Assembly: GCA_963792975.1 (NCBI GenBank)
Contig: CAWBYG010000004.1
Location: 1,914,379 to 1,978,378 of the forward strand
Length of the DNA stretch: 64,000 nucleotides
DNA from: an uncultured Actinomycetota bacterium
Lineage (GTDB): Bacteria > Actinomycetota > Actinomycetes > Propionibacteriales > Nocardioidaceae
Reading direction: 5' to 3'
This document shows, piece by piece, positions 58,034-64,000 of this stretch. Both the position numbers and the translations under genes were made by a program. The stretch's first letter is position 1. Every line of letters begins with the position of its first letter. Under the pieces are notes generated by a model that was not told where the DNA came from, did not search any database, and worked only from the letters and a program-made list of their open reading frames with translations.

Positions 58034-59044
58034 TCATCGTGCGAACCTGCGCTGCAATAGCGCGTGGGTCGTGACCGCACCCAGGACGATGCCGCCGTAG
58101 ATGACCTGGGTCCAGAAGTCCTTGAGCCCCACTGCCACTGCCCCGGCGTCGATGCCGCCGATCAGGAACGCTCCGAGCGCCGTGCCCCAGATGGTGCCGC
58201 GGCCACCGAACACCGACGTACCGCCCACGAAGACAGCCGCGAGCGCGGGAAGCAGTGTGCTCCCGCCCTGGTTCGGGTAGAAGTTGATCACCGCGAAGCT
58301 GTTCATCATGCCGGCCAGCGCGGCGGCCGCGCCGGTGAGCACGAACAGGACCATCCGAGTGCGGATGATGGGGATGCCCATCAGCCCGGCCGCCTGCTTG
58401 TTGTCGCCGATGACATGCGTGTTCTGGCCGAGTCGGTGCCGGAAGAGCAGGACCCATGAGATGACCGCCAGCGCGACGAACCACACGAACTGCATCGGCA
58501 GACCGTGCAACCGGCCGGTGAGGAGCCGCCCCGGGAGGCTCCCGTCGGTTTCGAGCAGCGTGTAGCTCTTGCCGTTGACGAGGACCAGTGTGAGGCCGCG
58601 ATACAGGAACTGTGTTCCGATCGTCACGACCAGCGCCGGGATGCCGACGTAGCAGACGAAGAACCCGTTCACGAACCCGGCGGCGGCGCCGACCGCGAGC
58701 GTGGCGAGCACGCCCAACAACACGTTGTGGGTGGTGTGCTCGACGGCGATGTAGCCGACCATGCCGAGCGCAAAGACCGAGGGGAACGACAGGTCGATCT
58801 CACCGGCCACGATCAGCATGGTCAAGGGGAGCGCGACGAGCCCGAAGTAGGGCACGGTCTGGGCGTAAGACACGTAGATCAGGCTGTGCAGGAACGTCCC
58901 GGGTGCCAGGATCGTGAAGATCAGCCACACGAGGATGAACGCCGTCGTGATGCCGATCTGTGAGGCATAGGTGATGCTGAAGGCCTTCACGGTCCATCGC
59001 CGTGGACCGAGGAATCGCCTTGCCCGCTCCGCCCCTGTCGTCAT
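58034..59044 (-). CDS. Monosaccharide ABC transporter permease
   Basis: GEIDLS, IPALVVTIG, IGDNKQAAGLMGI, VGGTSVFGGRG. Confidence 0.92.
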   Translation of the reverse strand: MTTGAERARRFLGPRRWTVKAFSITYASQIGITTAFILVWLIFTILAPGTFLHSLIYVSYAQTVPYFGLVALPLTMLIVAGEIDLSFPSVFALGMVGYIAVEHTTHNVLLGVLATLAVGAAAGFVNGFFVCYVGIPALVVTIGTQFLYRGLTLVLVNGKSYTLLETDGSLPGRLLTGRLHGLPMQFVWFVALAVISWVLLFRHRLGQNTHVIGDNKQAAGLMGIPIIRTRMVLFVLTGAAAALAGMMNSFAVINFYPNQGGSTLLPALAAVFVGGTSVFGGRGTIWGTALGAFLIGGIDAGAVAVGLKDFWTQVIYGGIVLGAVTTHALLQRRFAR

Positions 59045-59847
59045 GCCGCACCTCCGGTGTCACCGTGTCCGTGGCCTGGGTCGAACCGCCCGGTGGCCGC
59101 GACCTCGCGCATGATCTGGGTGAGGTCCTCGAGTGTGTACTGGCTCGTGGGGAACTCGGCGGCGATGCCACCACGATCGAGCATCACGATCCGATCCGCG
59201 ATGGTATGGATGTGGAAGATGTTGTGGTCGATGAAGATGGCGGACTTGCCGGCAGCGCGAATACCGCGCACGAAGTCCAGGCACTTCTCGGTCTCGCTCA
59301 GCGAGAGGCCCATGGTCGGCTCGTCGAGGATGATGATGTCTGCCTCGAAGTGCAGGGCCCGCACGATGGCCAGTCCCTGCCTTTCACCGCCGGACAACCC
59401 GGCCACCGGGGTGTCAGGCGTGAGGATCGCCGAGGTGAAGCCCATCTCCTCGCGCATGAGCTCGGCCGTGACCCGTCGCATCTCCGCGACCTTGAGGAAC
59501 CCGCCCGGTCGGGTCAGTGGACGGCTCATGAAGATGTTGCGCCACAGCGATTGCTGGTCTGCCAGCGCGCGCTCCTGGTACACCGTCTCGACACCGAGCG
59601 CGCGTGCCCTGCGGACAGTGAGATCGTCGGTCTTCCGGCCGCCGAAGTAGATCTCACCCTCGTCTGGCCGGTGGTAGCCGGTGATGATCTTGATGAGCGT
59701 GGACTTGCCGGCGCCGTTGTCACCGACCAGACCGAGGACCTCGCCCGCATTCAGCTGCAGGCTGACGTCGTGGACGGCGTTGACGCCCCCGAACGATTTT
59801 GCGACATGCCTCAACTCCAGGACGGGTGCGGTCACCGGCTCCTCCAT
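59041..59847 (-). CDS. Sugar ABC transporter ATP-binding protein (single NBD)
   Basis: GDNGAGKST, LSGGERQ, ILDEPT. Confidence 0.93.
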   Translation of the reverse strand: MEEPVTAPVLELRHVAKSFGGVNAVHDVSLQLNAGEVLGLVGDNGAGKSTLIKIITGYHRPDEGEIYFGGRKTDDLTVRRARALGVETVYQERALADQQSLWRNIFMSRPLTRPGGFLKVAEMRRVTAELMREEMGFTSAILTPDTPVAGLSGGERQGLAIVRALHFEADIIILDEPTMGLSLSETEKCLDFVRGIRAAGKSAIFIDHNIFHIHTIADRIVMLDRGGIAAEFPTSQYTLEDLTQIMREVAATGRFDPGHGHGDTGGAA

Positions 59848-59866
59848 CGCATCACTTGGTGAGAGG

Positions 59867-59898
59867 CGACGGTCGGCGAGCGTGCTCGCCGACCGTCG
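59867..59898 (-). terminator. Hairpin after the SBP gene
   Basis: CGACGGTCGGCGAGC-GT-GCTCGCCGACCGTCG. Confidence 0.65.
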
Positions 59899-59922
59899 AT
59901 CCTTCCGTCGTTTGCTCGATCG

Positions 59923-60960
59923 TCAGCGGATCTGCTTCGTCACGAGTGGTGCAATCTGGTCGATGTTGGACTTGTCGACGAAACCACCGCCCGTGTCGAT
60001 GTGCAGCCCACTGAATCCGTAGGCGTGACTCAGGCACAGCTGCTGGATACCCATATAGCCCTGCAACCACTCCTGTTGATCGATCACGAGGCTGATGTAC
60101 CCCTTCTGGATGCCCTGCACGGTCGCCGGCGACATGTCGAAGCCGGCAGCGTAGATCGACCCCGGTGCGAGGTTGGCGGCCTTCATGTAGGTCGGGATCG
60201 TCGAGGTGAGGTTGCCGTGGTCGATGAAGATCGCCTTCACGTCCGGGTGCTTGGAGACGTACCCGGTGAAGATCGGAACGCCGGCGGACGGGTCGGCATT
60301 GGTGGCGTCGTTGATCTCCAGGTAATCGACCTTCATGCCGGCCTTGGCCAGCGTTTCGGTGATGCCCTTGGTGCGCTCACCACGGCCCGGCTGCGACTTG
60401 AGCCCCCAGACGAACACCCGACTACCGGGCTGAAGACTGTCGCGCGAAATCGCCTCGTTGGCGAGGGCGGCGCCGGCGTCGTAGAGCGTGGCTCCGGCAT
60501 AGCCGGTGCCCTGGGCGGCGTACTTCTGCTCGGCCTTGGGGAGCTCGGTGTTCATGACCGTCACGAGGATGCCCTGGCTGCGTGCCTGGTCGATGAGCGG
60601 GTCGAACGCCGAGTCTCCTGGGTGACCCATGATGGCGATGCCGTCGGGCTTGGTCGCCATCGCCTGCTGGAACTGGGTGACCATCTTGTTCGGATCCCAG
60701 TCCGACCACTGGTAGGTGACACTCGGGCCGAGCGCAGCCGCAGCAGCCTTGGCGCCGTTGTAGACCACGGTCTCGAAGCCGCCGCCGGCGGTTCCGCCGG
60801 GGAAGAACACGATCTTCATGCCCTTGCAGTACTGCGCCCCGCTCGGCACGTTCGCCGTTGACCCCGAACTGTTGCTGCCGCCGCAACCGGCCAATGCCAG
60901 AGTCGCAACGGCGAGCACTGCACCGGTTCGCCTCACAGCGGACCCGTTCCATCTTCTCAT
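59923..60960 (-). CDS. Sugar ABC transporter substrate-binding lipoprotein
   Basis: LALAGC lipobox; KPDGIA, AGFD, IDQQEWLQGY. Confidence 0.92.
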   Translation of the reverse strand: MRRWNGSAVRRTGAVLAVATLALAGCGGSNSSGSTANVPSGAQYCKGMKIVFFPGGTAGGGFETVVYNGAKAAAAALGPSVTYQWSDWDPNKMVTQFQQAMATKPDGIAIMGHPGDSAFDPLIDQARSQGILVTVMNTELPKAEQKYAAQGTGYAGATLYDAGAALANEAISRDSLQPGSRVFVWGLKSQPGRGERTKGITETLAKAGMKVDYLEINDATNADPSAGVPIFTGYVSKHPDVKAIFIDHGNLTSTIPTYMKAANLAPGSIYAAGFDMSPATVQGIQKGYISLVIDQQEWLQGYMGIQQLCLSHAYGFSGLHIDTGGGFVDKSNIDQIAPLVTKQIR

Positions 60961-61068
60961 CGGTCCTCCTCCTTCTTCCGCGAGACACCCGACGCAACCT
61001 TGTGCGTCACCGGACAACCCCCTGGGCCAGGGAATCTGGAGTTCGCCGGGCTGGGGCATTCGAGTGGC

Positions 61069-61082
61069 TGCATGCGTATGCT
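61069..61082. promoter_or_regulatory. LacI-type operator candidate
   Basis: TGCATGCGTATGCT; related GGCGAACGTATGCA at 56820-56833 upstream of lacI. Confidence 0.5.
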
Positions 61083-61123
61083 TGCCTTGTCGGGCCCAGA
61101 AAGCAAGAGCCAGAGGTTCGATT

Positions 61124-61137
61124 TGTGACCGCTCACC
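61124..61137. promoter_or_regulatory. LacI-type operator candidate upstream of araB
   Basis: TGTGACCGCTCACC, close to the symmetric TGTGAGCGCTCACA. Confidence 0.55.
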
Positions 61138-61156
61138 TTCGACCTAGGAGCGAGAC

Positions 61157-62869
61157 ATGGCAGCCAGCGACGCCCACCATCGGTACGTCGTCGGTGTCGA
61201 CTTCGGGACCCTCTCCGGCCGCGCGGTGGTCGTACGCGTAGCAGACGGTCAGGAACTGGCCAGTACCGTCACCGACTACAAGCACGCAGTCCTCGACCAC
61301 TCCCTGCCGAACGGTCACCGACTGCCCCCGGACTGGGCCCTTCAGGTTCCCGAGGACTATCGCGACGTGCTGCGCGACGCGGTCCCCACGGCGGTCGCCG
61401 CCGCCGATGTCGACCCAGCACATGTCATCGGTATCGCGACGGACTTCACCGCGTGCACGATGATCCCCGTCCTGGACGACGGCACGCCCCTGTGCGAGGT
61501 CCCTGAGTACGAGGATCGACCGCACGCCTACGTCAAGCTCTGGAAGCACCACGCCGCCCAGAGCCAGGCCGACCGGATCAACCAGTCCGCCGCCCACAGT
61601 GGCGAACCGTGGCTCCCCAGGTACGGCGGATTCATCTCCTCCGAATGGGAGTTCGCGAAAGCCCTCCAGATCTTCGTGGAGGACCGAGCGCTCTACGATG
61701 CCATGGACCGGTGGGTCGAAGCCGCGGACTGGATCGTCTGGCAGCTCACGGGTACCTACAGCCGCAACGCCTGCACCGCCGGCTACAAGGGGATCTTCCA
61801 GGACGGGGAGTACCCGAGCAGCGACTTCCTCGAAGGGCTCGCCCCCGGCTTCGGAAGCTTCGTGGACGACAAGCTGCGCCACGACCTCTCGCCCCTGGGG
61901 TCACGGGTCGGCGGTCTCACCGATCAGGCCGCCAGGTGGACGGGCCTGACCGCGGGTATCGCCGTGGCCGCCGGCAACGTCGACGCACACGTCACGGCAG
62001 CCGCGGCTCAGGCAGTGGAGCCGGGCCAGATGGTCGCCATCATGGGCACCTCCACCTGTCACGTGGTGAGCTCGTACGAGCTCCGCGAGGTACCCGGCAT
62101 GTGCGGTGTCGTCGACGGCGGCATCATCGACGGCCTCTACGGATACGAAGCCGGGCAGAGCGGCGTCGGTGACATCTTCGGCTGGTTCGTGAACACCTCC
62201 GTGCCAGCCAGCTACGTGAACGCGGCGTCCGCGGCCGGGGTCTCCGTCCACGAGTACCTCACGGATCTCGCTGCCAAGCAGGAAGTCGGAGAACACGGGC
62301 TCCTGGCTCTGGACTGGCACAGTGGCAACCGTTCCGTGCTCGTCGACCATGAGCTGTCCGGACTCGTCGTGGGCGTCACGCTCGCGACCAGCCCGGAACA
62401 CCAATATCGCGCTCTCCTCGAAGCAACGGCGTTCGGCACCAGAGTCATCGTGGAGACCTTCAGGGACTCGGGCATTCCGGTCCATGAGTTCATCGTTGCC
62501 GGCGGGCTCGTGAAGAACCCTCTGCTGATGCAGATCTACGCGGACGTCCTCCGGCTTCCCCTCAGCGTCATCGGCTCCGGTCAGGGCCCCGCGCTCGGCT
62601 CCGCAATCCACGCCGCTGTCGCAGCCGGCGCCTACCCGAACGTGTCGGCGGCGAGTGCCGTGATGGGTACACGCCATGTCGCCGCCTTCGTACCCGACCC
62701 GCGCAGAGCAGATGAGTACGACGCGATGTTCAACGACTACCTCGCCTTGCACGACTACTTCGGCCGCAGCCCGGAGATGATGCGCCGCCTCAGACAGCGT
62801 CTCCGTCGGGCACTCGAACGGGCCAGCTCAGATCCCATCACCGACACCACGGCGTACCAGAGCTCATGA
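61157..62869 (+). CDS. araB: Ribulokinase
   Basis: GVDFGTLSGR, KLWKHHAAQ, SSEW, GNVDAH, MGTSTCH, LDWHSGNRS. Confidence 0.95.
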   Translation: MAASDAHHRYVVGVDFGTLSGRAVVVRVADGQELASTVTDYKHAVLDHSLPNGHRLPPDWALQVPEDYRDVLRDAVPTAVAAADVDPAHVIGIATDFTACTMIPVLDDGTPLCEVPEYEDRPHAYVKLWKHHAAQSQADRINQSAAHSGEPWLPRYGGFISSEWEFAKALQIFVEDRALYDAMDRWVEAADWIVWQLTGTYSRNACTAGYKGIFQDGEYPSSDFLEGLAPGFGSFVDDKLRHDLSPLGSRVGGLTDQAARWTGLTAGIAVAAGNVDAHVTAAAAQAVEPGQMVAIMGTSTCHVVSSYELREVPGMCGVVDGGIIDGLYGYEAGQSGVGDIFGWFVNTSVPASYVNAASAAGVSVHEYLTDLAAKQEVGEHGLLALDWHSGNRSVLVDHELSGLVVGVTLATSPEHQYRALLEATAFGTRVIVETFRDSGIPVHEFIVAGGLVKNPLLMQIYADVLRLPLSVIGSGQGPALGSAIHAAVAAGAYPNVSAASAVMGTRHVAAFVPDPRRADEYDAMFNDYLALHDYFGRSPEMMRRLRQRLRRALERASSDPITDTTAYQSS

Positions 62870-63543
62870 GTGCTACCGCTGACGTCCAGGCCACCATCCG
62901 AGGCCTCCGCGAGACTGTCGCCCAGCTCCATTCCGAGCTCACCCGCTATCACCTGGTCGTCTGGAGCTCCGGAAACGTCTCCGCCCGCGTCCCTGGACAC
63001 GAGCTCATGGTGATCAAGCCCTCAGGCGTCGACTACGGCGAGCTCACTCCCGACAACATGGTTGTGTGCGATCTCCACGGCACCGTTGTCGACGGTGATC
63101 ACGCGCCGTCCTCGGACACGGCGGCGCAGGCGTACGTGTACCGGAACATGCCGCTTGTCGGAGGAGTGGTGCACACGCACTCGACGTACGCGACCGCGTG
63201 GGCCGCGCGCGCGGAACCGATCCCGTGCGTCCTCACCATGGTGGCGGACGAGTTCGGGGGCGAGATCCCCGTCGGCCCCTTCGCAGTGATCGGAGACGAC
63301 TCCATCGGACGCGGCATCGTCGAGACCCTCCAAGACCACCGCTCCCGAGCCGTTCTCATGCAGAACCACGGCGTGTTCACCATCGGCCGCGACCCCCGGG
63401 ACGCCGTCAAGGCAGCCGTCATGTGCGAAGACGTGGCACGAACGATCCACATCGCCAAGCAGCTCGGCAGTCTGGTCACCATTCCGGACGAGGCTGTGAA
63501 CTCCCTGTTCGAGCGCTACCAGAACGTCTACGGCCAGCACTGA
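62866..63543 (+). CDS. araD: L-ribulose-5-phosphate 4-epimerase
   Basis: GNVSAR, IKPSGV, PSSDT, VHTHS, NHG, YQNVYGQ. Confidence 0.94.
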   Translation: MSATADVQATIRGLRETVAQLHSELTRYHLVVWSSGNVSARVPGHELMVIKPSGVDYGELTPDNMVVCDLHGTVVDGDHAPSSDTAAQAYVYRNMPLVGGVVHTHSTYATAWAARAEPIPCVLTMVADEFGGEIPVGPFAVIGDDSIGRGIVETLQDHRSRAVLMQNHGVFTIGRDPRDAVKAAVMCEDVARTIHIAKQLGSLVTIPDEAVNSLFERYQNVYGQH

Positions 63544-63588
63544 CACGCCCTACCGCTCCCCGGACGCCGAGGACGAAGGAGAACCGAC

Positions 63589-64000
63589 GTGACCACCCAC
63601 GCACCCGAGGTCTGGTTCCTCACGGGCAGCCAAGCGCTCTATGGACCGGAAACACTCGAACAAGTCGCCACTCAATCGACGCGGGTGGCAGAGAAGCTGG
63701 AGCAATCCGGCGACCTCCCCGCCCGTGTCACGTGGAAGCCGGTCCTCCTCGATGCGTCCGCGATCCGCGACGTCATGCTCGCCGCGAACTCCGACCGCAA
63801 CTGCGTCGGCGTCATCGCCTGGATGCACACGTTCTCCCCGGCCAAGATGTGGATCGCCGGCCTCCAGGCCCTCCAGAAGCCCCTGCTGCACCTACACACC
63901 CAAGCGGAGATGGCGCTTCCCTGGAGCACCATCGACATGGACTTCATGAACCTCAACCAGGCGGCACATGGCGATCGAGAGTTCGGCCACATCCAGTCGC
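63589..64000 (+). CDS. araA: L-arabinose isomerase, truncated by the window edge
   Basis: Manual translation: [13 protein letters not shown]...[11 protein letters not shown]...[18 protein letters not shown]. Confidence 0.95.
   Translation, partial: MTTHAPEVWFLTGSQALYGPETLEQVATQSTRVAEKLEQSGDLPARVTWKPVLLDASAIRDVMLAANSDRNCVGVIAWMHTFSPAKMWIAGLQALQKPLLHLHTQAEMALPWSTIDMDFMNLNQAAHGDREFGHIQS

Noticed and set aside
63542-63552. GACACGCCCTA matching the IS5 right end (composite transposon?)
   Set aside because: Only 11 bp, lies between intact araD and araA, and has no other IS sequence.

Overview
High-GC actinobacterial chromosome segment; the gene set and repeats suggest Nocardioidaceae, which is an inference. 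Left edge: a tyrosine integrase and excisionase next to the 3' end of tRNA-Ala(GGC), i.e. the boundary of an integrated element that runs off the window. The core that follows contains proA (frameshifted)-nadD-rsfS-histidine phosphatase, etfBA, an enoyl-CoA hydratase, the glgX/glgP/glgE-treS-mak-glgB glucan cluster and an ECF sigma pair. Next come a cassette of two TasA-like genes, a SipW-type signal peptidase and a two-component system, then MerR/MFS, a GNAT-Nudix fusion and ppdK-lysX. An acyl-CoA cluster (icmA-type mutase, CoA transferase, meaB, thiolase, mce, ccr) follows. The right end is accessory: an IS5-family element, MocR/MFS, LacI, a sugar ABC transporter and araBDA. The most unusual signal is a 19-bp REP-like element (GGTCTCGACAGGCTCGACC). 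It sits in frame inside at least four housekeeping enzymes (glgE, treS, glgB, icmA; a degenerate copy is in mak) and nucleates tandem arrays from its 3' half. Array units are multiples of 3 inside genes but include non-triplet lengths outside. Two further palindromic repeat families behave similarly. All annotation is by eye from the sequence and ORF track; no database searches were run.
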